Of a stretch of DNA of 64,000 nucleotides, positions 41,201-54,639 are shown in pieces. Both the position numbers and the translations under genes were made by a program. Below the pieces are notes generated by a model. That model saw only the letters and a program-made list of their open reading frames with translations, was not told where the DNA came from and did not search any database. The stretch's first letter is position 1. Each line of letters begins with the position of its first letter. This stretch comes from Chrysomallon squamiferum (Eukaryota; Animalia; Mollusca): assembly GCA_012295275.1 (NCBI GenBank), contig CM022679.1:16802001-16866000 (forward strand), in the 5' to 3' direction.

Positions 41201-42278
41201 TTATTAATAGTTTTTCCTATTTTAGATTAGTGTCAGGGTTAAATTACTTAATATCCAGTTTGTGATTAAAGATGGATCTACTTAGATGTAAATTGTTTGG
41301 TAGGAATTATAGTAGGCGTGTTTGTTTTTACGTTTTTACAGTTTGAATATTAATTATTGTTGGAAATATAATTAATATGTTGCTGTCTGATATTCTATTT
41401 CCAACCTGCATATAGATTTAGATGATATTGTCGATTATGGATAATCGAGTGTTGTTAATCTGTTAAATTTAAAAGGGCACAAATAAATAATTGACTATTT
41501 TCTTCAAGATTAGCTATTTGAATGAAAATGAATTTGTCAGTACTGACACAGAAAGAATAAGGTGGATTTTACAGACCGTATCATCTTCATAAAGGCGAAT
41601 ATATTTACATTGGTCATCTATGTATTCCACTGCTGAAACGTACTAAATAAAAGTATAACATGCTATGGAGTAATAAGACACCAAATTGATAATCTGGGAA
41701 AAGGAGTTGCTATTTGTTTTGTAAATAAAGCAGGAGAGAGAGCCAGAAGAAGGATAGGCCAATGAGATCTCATTCAACCTGGTAATTTTTTTCGGCCAAT
41801 AGTTACACCCCTCCACTTAAATATAAATAATTTAACAACTTAACCTTATATATGTGTGTGTGTGTCTTCAATCTTGCGTTGTGCAGAAATAATGATGTTT
41901 TTGTTATTATTGACAGAGATATAACATAATTATGTATATATGTATGTATATAATAATATATATATATATATAATAATATATATATTGTGAATTTTTGTAT
42001 GTTTCTAGTTAGTATGTGTATACTGTAACATTCTTACCTTTTTAATGTGGTATGGGTTTTGACTCCACATTCAAAGCTGTATCCTAACTGGGTGTGTGTG
42101 ACGCGATCAACATGACACTATTCATAGCTACCGTATCATTTATGAAATTTTGATCCACCACTAAAGACAAGTTAAACCTAAAATGTTTTTTCATATTAAT
42201 ACAAAGCTATCTGTGGATATCAGTATACAGTTAGTTATAAGATGGCATTACCAGTGGTAGATATAGTTGCATTGTAAC

Positions 42279-43400
42279 CAGCGCCGGATTAAGACCCAAA
42301 GCACAAAAAAATGCATTTGTAAATCAAAATATAAACAATAATAAACAAAATAAAATTCAATTTATTGAAAATTTGAAATTAAACAAAACTTACGGTAAGA
42401 AGGAAAATAATATTTATTTCTCTATGTTGCCATTTTATTTACAGTTGAATAATTTTCTCCTACTTTTTTCCTTGCAAAGTCTTTGATCAGATCCTCATAA
42501 CCAGTCTTACATAACACATCTGTTTTTATACATAATAGAGATAAGGCATCCAGCCTGCCTTGTTGCATAGTTGTTCTGAGGGGATTTTTAATATATTTCA
42601 ACTGTGAAAATGAACGTTCATCTGAGCAATTTGTGACCATTAATACAAAAGGCAGTGTCTACATTTGGAAAGATACAGTCAATAATTGTCTACTAAAATT
42701 ATTTTATAAACTTCAGCATGACTGAATCTTGTTTTTACATTTCCTGTTGACTGAACTTATAGTGCACATACAAATGAAACTGCTGAAGCTCAGCAAAGAA
42801 ATTATTGTCGAAGTTCTCTGGGTAAGCAGCAATCAACTTTTGACAACACTGAGAATACCTTTCTATGTTAGTAGATGATGAAGTGATATTATATGGCACA
42901 ACACTTAGAAAAAAAATCTTTCTGCTATTTTGTATATCTCTTCTTTTCATCTCAGTTGCATGTTTGTCAACAATTATGTAAAAGGTGGTGATATGAAATT
43001 CATCTCTGGCATTCAGATAGTACTTATTGTGTATCTCCATCATTGGGTACCTTGTTTCTGATACATTTGCGAGTTGTAGCTGCCTTGTAATCAACATCTG
43101 ATAACATTTCCTTTGAATTTTTTTCATATTTTTCAAATTCATCTCATGAAGTGCTCAGTTGGTCAGCTAATGGTACATACAAATCTGCACATTTTTAAGT
43201 TAACATCCTCATTTTGTAGAACTTTGCTTACTCTGTGAAAATTCTGCAAAATCTCATTCCAAAGATTCAACAAAAACAAATTCTAGCTTTTGCATTGTAT
43301 CTGCAATATTATTTGCTTCTCTTCTTTTTGTGACTGGTCTTCAGCTATATATTCTAATGCTTCTAAAATTGCTAATGCTTCCAGAAAGGTTAAATAGCAT
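42279..43400 (-). mobile_element. Degraded hAT transposon, 3' half (ZMYM1/Tip100-Ac type)
   Basis: hAT dimerisation motif VTNCSDERSFSQLKYIKNPLRTTMQQGRLDALSLL; frameshifted upstream parts; terminal cagcgccggattaag at 42279. Confidence 0.85.
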
Positions 43401-43538
43401 TCAATAGTTTATCTTTAAAGTACCTAAGTACAATACTTAACTGATTGATATGTGATAGATCTGGTGTTGAATCAACAGACCTATTAAAATAACTAGATTT
43501 AACTTTGTTAACAATGAACACATGAATCTTTAGTGCCA

Positions 43539-44140
43539 TTAGTTGAATAAGTGCTGATCCTTAATACTGACGTGAAGATTCGAGTCTGTGAGAAATGATC
43601 TGCTTTTTGACTTGTCGACTTTCGTTATAGAGAAAGTTTGCTCACAAATATATGTTGATGCAAACAACACAAACATCTTTGTTGCAAAATGTTTTAGAAT
43701 TTGAAACTCTTCCGAGTGCAGAGAAGCATAAAAGTTGACCAGTGATTTACTTTCAAACATCCTTTTTAAAGAGTTGTTGGCTTGCAAATTGATCAGTTCC
43801 ATCTGCAGTTCTTTGCTAACTGTTTTGATGTCACAGGCAAAAGGTCTGCTGAGCAAATCAAACTGTCCCTCCATTGCCTTGAAAGTTTTGCTCATTCAGT
43901 AGCTTGGAAAAAAGTTTAAACTTTGATTGAAAAGCTTTCACTTCCAGGTACAACTCATGTGCTAATACACCTTTACCTTGTAGTTTTGTGTTTAGTTCAT
44001 TCAGCTTTTGCATTATGTCTACAGTAAATGCAAAATCACAACCCATTTGTCACTCTCCATTTCATTTAAAACAGGCATATGAGAAGCAGGCCATATGATA
44101 CATGGTTCATCCTCAGGCGGGCTGCAGGTACTAATTTAGG
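43539..44140 (-). mobile_element. Degraded hAT Buster/SPIN (GTF2IRD2-like) fragment, C-terminal
   Basis: DFAFTVDIMQKLNELNTKLQGK, LQMELINLQ, FASTYICEQTFS...KSKSRSFLTD. Confidence 0.88.
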
Positions 44141-45349
44141 CTATTCTGCAGAATCGCACATGAAGGAGGTAATGCTGTATCAACGACTAGCTATTCTGGC
44201 TGTATATGTGTCAAAATAAATTTGTGATTTTCACGAACAGTTTATTTTAAGACATATTTCATGTTCATTTATTTCTGGAACTGTTATAATAAAAAAATTA
44301 AATATATATTTAATATATTAGTAGATACAAAATAGACTCACTTCATAAAAAAAAAAACCCCTTTTAATACAATAAATTAATTATAAATATGAATTTTTAA
44401 TAAATACAGTGAATGAATATGAATGAATGAAGATATGTTAGTAGAAATAAAATAGGGTCATTTTATTTCAAAAAATCGTATGTATGATTAATTTTTTGCA
44501 TCATTATTATTTTTTTTTTATAAAATGAATATTTTATTTCTACTAATATACTGAAACACATTTAGATTTTCAATTAAAATAGTTTCTGAAGTAAACAAAA
44601 ATGAAAAATTTCTTAAAATAAACATTACGTAAAAACAAAAATTTATTTCAACCCCCTTTTGAGTTACCCCCTTTGTATGCACATTAAAAAAAAAAAAAAA
44701 AAAAAAGGAAGTAACTCTGGTAGTTTTGATTTTTTTCTTCACAATTCGTACATGTTTTTCTTCAGTTGGAGAAATGATAAAAATTACGATTGAAAAAGTG
44801 ATGTAAAAAATAAGACAGATTTCATTTTTATTTAATCATAGATTTTATTATTCTGATACGTAAATTAGTGCCAAAAATCTTTCCCCAGAGAAAAGAATCA
44901 TGAAAGTTTGTTTCGAAAACAAAAGGTGTGGATATCCACCAATATTTTAAAATTCTGAAAATGTTACTTTCAAAACTTGCTTAATTCAAAAATAACATTC
45001 TTAATCATTGTTATGTATGTGGTTTAATCGAACTATTTCAAGCTATGGTACTTGGGTGGAATGGTCAAAAATGTAAATAAACAATTTAAAAAATGAAAAT
45101 TATGTCATTTAAATACATGAGCATTTAACTTTACTCGTTAGCTATCTTTGAACAAAGGTAAGAAAAAATTAAAAAAACAAATTAATTTGGCCTGAAGTGT
45201 AACCACCCAAAATCAAAAGAAAAAAGTTCAGCATAGGCATGGGAAATAGTCCAGTTTAAACCACACACAGTGAATAAAACACTGCCTTAACAAAACACAA
45301 ACAAGAATCCATGTATTTATCATCCATTTGTTATTGATGATGTAAATCA

Positions 45350-46430
45350 CTTTTTTGGCTTGAGAGCTACTTTTTAAATGACCAAGTCAAAATGATCTAC
45401 CTAGATTAAAAACACAAAACATTTATTTATTTTATTTATTTATATGTTGGTGTACCTTGCATCACGGCATGAATGTGTATGGCACAATACAAGTCTACAT
45501 TTTTGGCCATCATCTTACTCTGATGACTTGCACTATTAGGAATCAGCCAGGGTTGCAGAGTCTGGGCAGTAGCTGCTGATAGCCATCCTCAAACAGACTT
45601 CCAAATGTTCATCGGTCATGGTGGGACGGTATTTGGACTTAATAATCTTCATCTGGGAAGAGGCTGACTCACAAAAATAAGTTGAGCACAATAAGTTGAG
45701 CATTTCCTCAGGTTGGGCTGCATCACTTACGTATGTAGATTCATCCAACTGCAATGAAAAACACTCACAGTCTGTGATATCCTTCCAAAGCTGCTGTATC
45801 AAATCCTCAGCCATTACTTCACAGCACTGTGTAAATGTGTTTCTTGATAGCTGGAGAGTTTTGATTGAAGATAATATCTCTGGTTTGTTTTTAAAGTCCT
45901 GAAACAATGAGTCAGCTGCTTCAATGAATGCCTCTTTTATCATTTCTCCTTCTTGAAAGGACTTCTTGTGTGACTCACCCTGAATGATGCTTTGGTGGCA
46001 GCCTTCGCTTTTGAGGTCACTTGGAAAAAAATGACTGTTGTCCAGACAACTGTGATTTTAATTCCTTCACCTTTCTCTTTCTCAGCTCACTTTTTGATGG
46101 GAAGTCGGTGTTGTAGTTTCTATGAACAGTCCGAAAGTGTCACTCCACATTTCCTTTCTTTGTAGAAATGGTAGATTGGCAAATCAGGCAAACACATTGT
46201 GAAAAAAATGTCCTCCTTTCTGAATGGAAGTGGTATGTTTTTGGTTTCTTACTTTTGCAGTAGCCCATATGATTCGGCCATGCATGGGCAATGACCCTGC
46301 ATGTTGTGCTGTGACCCCCCACAAGATGAGATGAGATCTCAGACTGGCTGCAGGATGGATGATAGGCTATTTTTTAGTGTTGTACGATCTACCCACACTG
46401 TCTATGCGATCGATGTATTGGGCACCACTG
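45350..46430 (-). mobile_element. Internally deleted hAT Buster/Charlie element
   Basis: BED-like CVCLICQSTI, LQLSRNT...FSLQLDEST fused directly to STYFCESASSQMKIIKSKYRPTMTDEHL; 5' terminus cagtggtgcccaa (minus strand) ending at 46430. Confidence 0.85.
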
Positions 46431-46581
46431 ATGAAAATAGAAATAATTTACTCATGAACTGTAATGAGAAAACTCAAGTTTCTCAGTATTTACAAAAATT
46501 TGCCATGTTGAAACTTGTAAATTGTCTTCCAGATGAGTATCAGTCGATCTGGACCTAGTTTTTTACTTTATTATTTTGATT

Positions 46582-48315
46582 CTAGAAAATAGTTTTGGTT
46601 GTTCTCTTGGGCAGAGTTCCATAGAAATGCATCAAAGATAGTTCTTTGAATTTTTGCCAAAGAAATTCATCACTCTGCAGGTCAATTAGCTCCATTTGCA
46701 ATTCCTTTTGAACTAGTTCAACATCATTAAAGGGATTCCCCAAAAGAAAAAAATCAGCTTCTCTAGCTCTGAAGTCATTAAATCTAGAGTTCAGTTCTTT
46801 TTTCAGCTCATTTAACTCTACAGCAAAACCATCTTCACTTTTCTTAGCCAACGAACTGCACAGAAGTAAACCAGGTCGCCACACTCCAATTCAATTTCTT
46901 CTAAAAAATCTCTTTAAACTGGCGATGGTTAAGTGCTCGGGATTTTATAAAATTGATGGTTGAAACAACCACACACATAACATTTTCAAATTTTAGAGAC
47001 TTTGCATATAAATTTTCTTGCAAAGTTGCTGTTTGATAAATTCAAAGATGTTAATTCTTCTTTTAATTTGGCAAGAAAGCCTGTCTTAGACCCAACGATT
47101 GCTGGGGCTCCATCTGTTGCTACACTGTCTAGTCATTCAAGCGGGAAATTCAACTTTGAGGCTGCTTTCTTAACTTCTTCATAAATCTTATATCCTGTAA
47201 TCATGTCTTTCACTGTCTGAACTGTTAATTATTCTTCCATGATATTGAATGACTCAATACGATGTATGAAAATTGCCATCTGTGCTGAATGAGATATGTC
47301 TGAGCTTTCGTCAATAGCCAGGGTTAAAAAAATCAAAGTCTCTTATTTTTTCTGTAAGCATACCCTCAATATCTGCTGCAATTTCCTCAACCCATCTTGT
47401 TATTGTCCTGCAAGACAAACTTATCTTGTTGAACATATTTATTTTTTCCAGACACAAAATTTTACCCACTGACAAAACACATTCTTTTTACAAATTCACA
47501 GTCAGAATAATTTTTTGAATGTTTTGCCACTTTTTTGTTAACAACATAGCTAGTATGTACTATTTCTTTTGATCCTGTCTGCTTTTTTGAGAAGAGGATA
47601 TTTAAACTGCCAATCTCTTTCTTGAGGGATTCAATTTTTTGCTTTCTGATATCTCCTTTAAATTGTATCCCAAATGTTTTGAAGCGTAAAGCTGCTTAAT
47701 ATTAAATTCTTTAAAAGCAGAGACAGATTCAAAACATAATAAACACATTGGTTTGTTATTTTCTTCAACAAATAAATATTCTTTTGTCCACTTTTCCTGG
47801 AATTTTCTAATTTTTTCAGAAGCAATGAGTTTTGACATAAATAAATTTAAAAAATGCAGCACTCTGAACACTTATACTTTGAAAATTCTGTTAATCCTGG
47901 GATTAGCATGTCTGTTTACAGTCATTATGAGCAGAAGAATCAGAAATTGAACATCACATCAATTCTTTTCTTTCTTTGAGATAGTGTCCTGAGTAGACAT
48001 ACCAATTGTAAGGCTTTTGAGTATTTGGATTGATGTAGATTGACTCTGAGGTGCATGGAAAATTACTGGCATTAGCTTTTTTTTCCTGACTTGGGTATCC
48101 ACAATGCAACAGGCAACAAGGGAGGTTAGTCAGGCATGTAATAATGATTCCTCTGTGACACCAGCTTCCTCTAACCTTTTTTGAGTGAGGGAGAGAGTGT
48201 ATGTGAATGAGTGAGGACGAAACAACACAAACAAAATTTGAATTAACGTTATTTTCCTTGTGAAATAGGTGGGCCACTCGGAAAGCCATGCGGGCTGCAG
48301 TTTGCACTTGACTGA
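46582..48315 (-). mobile_element. Degraded hAT Buster/SPIN element
   Basis: RKFQEKWTKEYLFVEENNKPMCLLCFESVSAFKEFNIK, LAIDES, ATDGAP, LQMELIDLQSD; 5' terminal remnant near 48290-48315. Confidence 0.85.
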
Positions 48316-48359
48316 TTTAAAAAATCAAAAGCGATTTCATTCATATTGAAAATACGTGA

Positions 48360-49360
48360 CAATCTCTGCTTTCAAGTCCCACACCCACCTTATTTTCCCA
48401 TGCTTAATCAGCAGACATTTGTGTGGTAGAGCACATCAGTAAAATCTGCTTCCAAGAAGCTTCTGAATTGCTGTGTTTCAGTCCCCATGCTCTTATTGAA
48501 TTCACTGCACACACCACTGGATCCATAACATGTTTGAATTTTAAAGAAGACTTACAGAGGCTTTCTTGATGTATGATGCAAAGAAAAGACAACACAGTGG
48601 AAAATCTTTTTTAATTTTATCATTCATCAACTTCTCAAGGCCAGAATATTTACCTGTGAGTGAAGGAGCACCATCAATTGTTATACTTGTTAATTTATCC
48701 AAGCTTAATCCAGACCTGACTAGACTGTTAATGACACAGTTGTACATATCTTTTCCAGTAGTAGTGTCTTTGAGAGACTCTACAGACAACAATTCCTCTA
48801 ATTTCAAAGCTTTCATCAATTCCTCTGATGTAAATGAGTAACTAAACAGTATCCTGAAGATCTGTACTCTCATCTAAAGCAATAGAAAACCACTGAAAAC
48901 TACCAACACCTGCTATCAGCTGTTCTTGTATATTTACTTCAGTTGCATCTATGTGACAAACAATAGTTCTTCTTGACAAAGATATGGCTTCTGCTTTTGA
49001 TTTAACTTCAGGACACTCAACATCGACACCATGCAATCTTTAATAAATTCTACTTCTGCAAATGATTTGTTTTGCCTTGCAATTTTAATGGCCAGTACAA
49101 TACTTGTTTGATGTTGTTTGAAGCTGTTTACCAGATCAGTTGCTTTTTTCTGCAGTTCTTGCTTTGATAAATTGCATCCAAAGTTAGTGTGTTTGGTTTG
49201 AAAGTGACGTTTCAAATTGTATTCCTTGAACATGGCAACTGTTTCATGACAAATCAAACATACAGCTTTAAAGAAATATTTTTCAGTCCACTCCTTGTTT
49301 AAAACATGGCATTCATCTTCAGTTTTTCACTTTTTAGATACTTTCAAACAACTCATTTTG
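48360..49360 (-). mobile_element. Degraded hAT Buster/SPIN element, N-terminal two-thirds
   Basis: CLICHETVAMFKEYNLKRHFQTKH, ISLSRRTI, FSIALDESTD, ITIDGAPSLTG, CIIHQESLC. Confidence 0.88.
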
Positions 49361-50028
49361 GGTAAATTTTGTCAGATAATAAAAGCTGATATAAAATAAT
49401 AAGTCAGTCCTCAGAAGGCCAATGAGGACTCTAGATGTAGAGTTCTAGGCTATTCTAGACTAGAGTCTTGTTAGACAACAGAACACATGATTAAGAAATT
49501 AGATTTTATGTGGTTTTCGAGTTATGTGCCAGCTATGGCAAGAGCACAGATAATGTGTCATGCTCACAAATGTGAACTATTTTTAGATCACTAGATCAAA
49601 CCTTGTTTCATCTTGAAAAACAAAGAACTATAGGCAATAGAGTTATAGATCTATAGTAAGGACATTAAAACAACAATTTTTAAAAGTTTTCTTCAATGGG
49701 TAAAACAATTTACTAACATTTTATCACCAAATAACCTGAGTATAGGTCAAGTTTTTAGCACCTGTGCTAGATGAATCTGCTTGTGACACCTCAGTGATTC
49801 TAACATCATCATATTTTGATTCTGAAGTGATCAAAGTGGTATTTGCCATATTTGTGTCTACTTCTGATGACGGAGATTGGTTTTGACCCAGAATCTGTAT
49901 ATCATGTTGTGGAACTTGTGTGAAGAAATCAGTCAGCTTTGCAGTCCTGAGCTCAAATTCCATGGGATAAACCAGGCGGGCAAGCCATTTTGATTCTGTA
50001 AAATTATCAGCATAAAGAAAGGTGAACA

Positions 50029-50762
50029 TTAACTTTCTTGTTGCAGGTCCCATACATGAGACAGCATGGCACCATGACACAGCCAGCACAGTTTAGAAAA
50101 GTAGAGCAGGTCACCGTAGTGCACATTGACTTCATCCATCAGTACCTGGAATTGGCAATGTTTCAGACTGTGAGAAAGTATGGAATTGACAACCTTCACT
50201 ACAATTGACATGACATCAGTGAGATTTACAGACTTGGCACATAAGGATTCTTGGTGGGTGATGTTACACACACTGAATTAAGCCATTGAAGATGTCTTTT
50301 CCACTGGTGGTGCCATGTAGTGGAACAGTCTCCAAGAACTGTTCATGCATGTTGAGGGTAGAAGTGACACCACATATGAAAATACCCAATTGGGCTGTGT
50401 TTTTTACAAATGCAAAAACCAGTTCTGTTCATGACAGCAAGAAGTTAGCAGGGTTCAAGAAGTTAGCCTGTGTGTGTAATTGAGACAGGATTGAAATAAC
50501 AATTGTTATAGTTTGCATATTTTGAATTGAGTGAAGCAAGCAGCCATTCAAAATTTGGATGTGGGCACTATTAATTTGACAAGGGCCTTCAAGATGCCTT
50601 ACATTTTAAATGAGTGCAACTTGAATAAAAAATAGCTGTATCAACTGACTTTATTTCATTGATTTTTATTTTGAAGTCTCGTGGGCCGGATGTCAATGTT
50701 AATTGTGAACAGTTTGGTGGGCCAGACAATAAACCTTCACAGGCTGGAGTTGCCCACCCCTG
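50029..50762 (-). mobile_element. Deleted hAT Buster element with intact 5' TIR
   Basis: CNITHQESLCAK...VMSIVVKVVNSI...YGDLLYFS; minus-strand terminus CAGGGGTGGGCAAC preceded by the 8-mer CTTTAGAG (NNNTANNN Buster-type target). Confidence 0.85.
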
Positions 50763-51080
50763 CTCTAAAGTACTGTTTGAATGCAGAACCATTTGACCAT
50801 CTAGTTTCAATGACTATAGCAGAAGCTCCTGGGGTAGCACCCTCTGTTAATTGAAACCTTGAACATTTTCCCTTAAATATGAAATATGGTGGAATTGCTG
50901 TTCCTAAAGATTTACCAGCACCTAAAATTGTTACATTACATGGCATTCCACTAGTGATTGAACTGGGTTTTAAATTCCAATTGACTGGGGGATTGTTTTT
51001 GCAAGCATGCATCCATGAAGATAAGAAGCACAGAGTGGCATTCGGAGCTTTTGCTTTTGCCACACTAATCATCCCCATTA
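50763..51080 (-). mobile_element. pogo/Tigger-type DDE transposase fragment
   Basis: NVTILGAGKSLGTAIPPYFIFKGK...EGATPG, typical of pogo DDE_1 domains. Confidence 0.75.
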
Positions 51081-51199
51081 TCTCCTTAGAATTGATATTA
51101 GAAATGGGTCAAAGCTGTTTCCTCCCTCAATTTTTCTGTTATAGCTGACTACACATAATTTGACCTCATCTCCAGGAACTTGCTACCAGGGGACAATGG

Positions 51200-52400
51200 T
51201 CTGAGCCAGTCACCAAACAGATCAGTTGAGTGTGACAGTAACAGAGTGGATCCTGGAGTATGTGGCAGAGATTTTCAATTACATCTTTGACCACTGATGC
51301 CTTCCACATGCTCAAATTCAGTTTCTGCTGAAGTATAAAACTTCCTCATAAAGTCAATATTGACACTGGAATGGAGGTCTTGGTGACCAATGCCAGTCTT
51401 GAAGAGCTCTGCAAAAGTCCTTTATTGTTCTATCAGAACTCTGGCAATATGGAATAAGACATGCAGTTGATTTCCTTGATAATGGGGGAGTATTCCCCTT
51501 GGCAACTTCTGTCTATCCAAAAAGATGGCAAAGTTACAAGTCATCCTTCCCATCCTTCTATCACATTTTACTGATGGCAAGAATTACATTTGCTGCTAAA
51601 CATTCATTGCCCTTGATTGACCACCCAGCCTCCTAGTTTTTGAGGGTAGAACAGCAGGCAGTGACAATTGAATCCAGTGGATGAAGATGACAATTCATCT
51701 CATTTAGTCTTCTTCCAAACCGAATTAACAATCTGAAAAGCAGCGTGATTTGTTGCACATCTATCAGACATTGAATTTTAGACATGTTCTGTCAGCTTCT
51801 GTCTGGTTCACTGATAACAAGTCTTCATTGAAAAAACAATAGGTCTTAATCTGACAAATGTGGCTTGCATAATCTTCCACTGTCACTCCTAGCAATTCAT
51901 CAGTGGCAGCACATACACATCCTTTGGTGGAAATTTATCTCGTTAATATGGGTTCCTTCTTGGGTTGTTGCATTGCAGTTAGCATTTGAAAGAAGAACTT
52001 CTGCTGTCTGTAAATCCAAAATGGCCCCAATCCTCTTGTCATAAGATCAACTGTAGTGCACAATGTAATATCACTTGGTTTTACATCGCCAGACCCTAAT
52101 GTCATTTGACTCTGTTCAATTACTGTTGGAATATTAGCTGTAGGAACTTTGTTCACAATATAGATAAACACAAATAATCTTATGGATGCTGAATAAATTG
52201 TTCTGTCATGTTTTAGAGTTCATATCAGAATTAAGATCATCAATATTTTCTGCAGAATTAAATTTCTGTTTTCTAAAGTCTTGATCAGTTAACTTTTTTC
52301 CTTCAATTCTAATCTTAAACAGTTATACTTGTAAGATGGCACATTTATTTTCTTTTGGGATTTGTTATATAATTTAAGGCTGTTATGTACTTTTTGTAAC
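51200..52400 (-). mobile_element. Degraded unclassified DDE transposase fragment
   Basis: Frameshifted minus-strand peptides IYSASIRLFVFIYIVNKVPTANIPTVI, ATTQEGTHINEI, TVEDYASHI, MSDRCATNHAAF. Confidence 0.55.
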
Positions 52401-52742
52401 CTAGCTATTTCAGCCTTAGCTTCTGCCAGTTGTATGGCTAACAGTGGTGTATTCAGCCAGAGCCAGATAAAGAACTGCATAGCAAAATAGCATAGTTCCA
52501 TACTACTGGCTGGTTACAAAAGTAAATGCCCCCTAACCCCATACCCAATATTATCATAACTTTACATAAACACACCTTAATGTTTGAACAGTCAGACAGG
52601 TGTATTAAAACAAAAGGAATCTTGCTGACAGTATTAAAAACCAGTGCAAATGCCTTAAGCTAAAATGCCACTGCATGCATGCCCTGAAAACATGGGTCAA
52701 AGTTTAGCCCAGTAGTCAAGTATGATTCAGGCTCAGATTAAG

Positions 52743-53800
52743 TTAAATATTGTTCCTCTGAGATTTTATAACCGTGCTCATCAGTGTCAGCCTATTTAAA
52801 TGTTTTTGACCCATCCATAAGTTCACATTGGCACCATCTGATCCTGTGCTTGCAATAAGCTTTTGCTTCCAGTCCCAATCAGGATCTGTACTCTCCATGG
52901 CTGTTTCAATTGCATCCAGAACACCCTCTGCATGTGCATTTATTTTCACACATTCATTGTGTGGGACACCTTGCTCAGTAACTGTTTCATTTTCACTGAT
53001 AGATCAATAACACATTGGCATTTTTAACCAAGGCTAACGATTTATTTTGCATGCATTATAAATGTATTCCTTAAAATGTCTACAAGCTTGTTCAATACGG
53101 TAACAGTTGTGTAAAATAACACCATTTTTCTCTTGAAGTGACAGTAAACTGGGATACAAGATAAATGGTAACTCTTCCTTAGCAATCAAATATGCAGTAT
53201 TAAAGTAAGCAGTTAACTGATTCCTTTGATCTTCACTGAGCCTTCAAATATCCACATCCATAGGACCAATTACAGCTGGATGTCAAACTTGAACCCCACT
53301 AGGATCAGAGTCGGACTCCAAGGAAGAACATTCTGAAACAATTGTGATGTTATGTGTTGTAAAAACTGTACCTGACGACTTGCCACATTTGATGTCATAA
53401 TTTTGTTTATTTTTTGTATATGATTTGGATTCAGAGGGGCTTTTTATTGCATCAATTCTAAAATTATTTGTTCCTGCAACAAATCTCCTTACAGTTTCAT
53501 ATTTTCTACATGGGATGCAGAACATGGTATCGCTTTCTTCATTGTAGTCAAGCCGCAAGAATTCGTCTTTCCATTTCTTGCAGAACTGTCATGTTTGCTT
53601 TTCTTTTTCATATTTTTCTTTAGATTCTGCCTTACCCTTTCTTTTCTTTGACAAATCAATTTCTGACAGCTCTTTGTCAGATGAAAACCCATTGTGAAGA
53701 GCTCTTTAAAGGTCCTGGTTTGTTCTATCAGTATTCTTCCAGTATTTAATAGCACATGCAATTGATTTTGTTGGTAATGGGAAAGTCTTAAGTTTTTCCA
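52743..53800 (-). mobile_element. Degraded hAT transposon (ZNF862-like)
   Basis: TTF-type zinc finger LDYNEESDTMFCIPCRKYE...FVAGTNNFRIDAIK; NAHAEGVLDAI...GSDGANVN. Confidence 0.8.
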
Positions 53801-54639
53801 CATAATTTCTTTTCACATTTGGCAGGCAGCCAGACTAAGCATTTCTGCGTGTTGTTTTTTGGGTGTCGTCTTCACATGACATCTTCACTTCATCTCTGTT
53901 TCCTGTGAAGTAGATGATGTGAGGTGGAAAGATGGGATGAATCCACAGACTGAAGTTGAGAATTCAGGTGAATCAAGAACCATGGGAACAGTTATCATCA
54001 TTACAGCTTGCTCAGGATCCTCTGGACTATACTTGAAACTGGCATCACAAATATCCCAAAATCTTATCATTTCTTTTTCATTACTAAGATGTTTATAGCA
54101 CCCTACAAAATCTCCTTCACTGAAGCATGATCTTTTTGACAGATTTTTTTTGGGAGATAGAGGACAAGAGCATCACAATTCTTGACAGAATCACCAGGAG
54201 GAACTTTATGCCAGTGCCAGGTTTGGATGAAGGTGGCTTCTTCTTCACTTTGGTGGCATTTTGAAAAATAAAAAATAAAATAAATGTTCATCTGAGCCTA
54301 TTTACAGATGACATCTTTACATTTGATATACATTGTTGCAGTGGCACAAAACTTTATTTATGAATTAATTATATAATAAAATGTTCTTCTGATATTGGTC
54401 AGAACAAATAATAAATGTGAAAGCTTCTGAAAAGTGGTAAATACTGAAAAAGAACCTCATAATCATGCTTGGTAATAAAAGGACATGTCACCAATGTTTA
54501 TCATTACTGGTCTGAGCCAGTAAGAAAGTGCTGTTAATGTCACATAATCTGATACTGTTTGTGTATTGGGTATGCAGTTTTTCACAGCTATAAAACCATC
54601 AATCAGAACTCAAATTCTTTGAAATTAAGCACAATCCTA

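Noticed and set aside
44480-45230. Possible non-autonomous DNA element between hAT fragments
   Set aside because: Looks repeat-like but no termini, target duplication or coding remnant could be defined.
48200-48230. gaatgagtgaggacgaaac resembles a hammerhead ribozyme core
   Set aside because: Lacks the CUGANGA box and a paired stem II; no flanking helices found.
42279-53800. Domesticated transposase genes (GTF2IRD2, ZMYM1, ZNF862 orthologues)
   Set aside because: All are broken by stops, frameshifts and deletions, and some retain TIRs.
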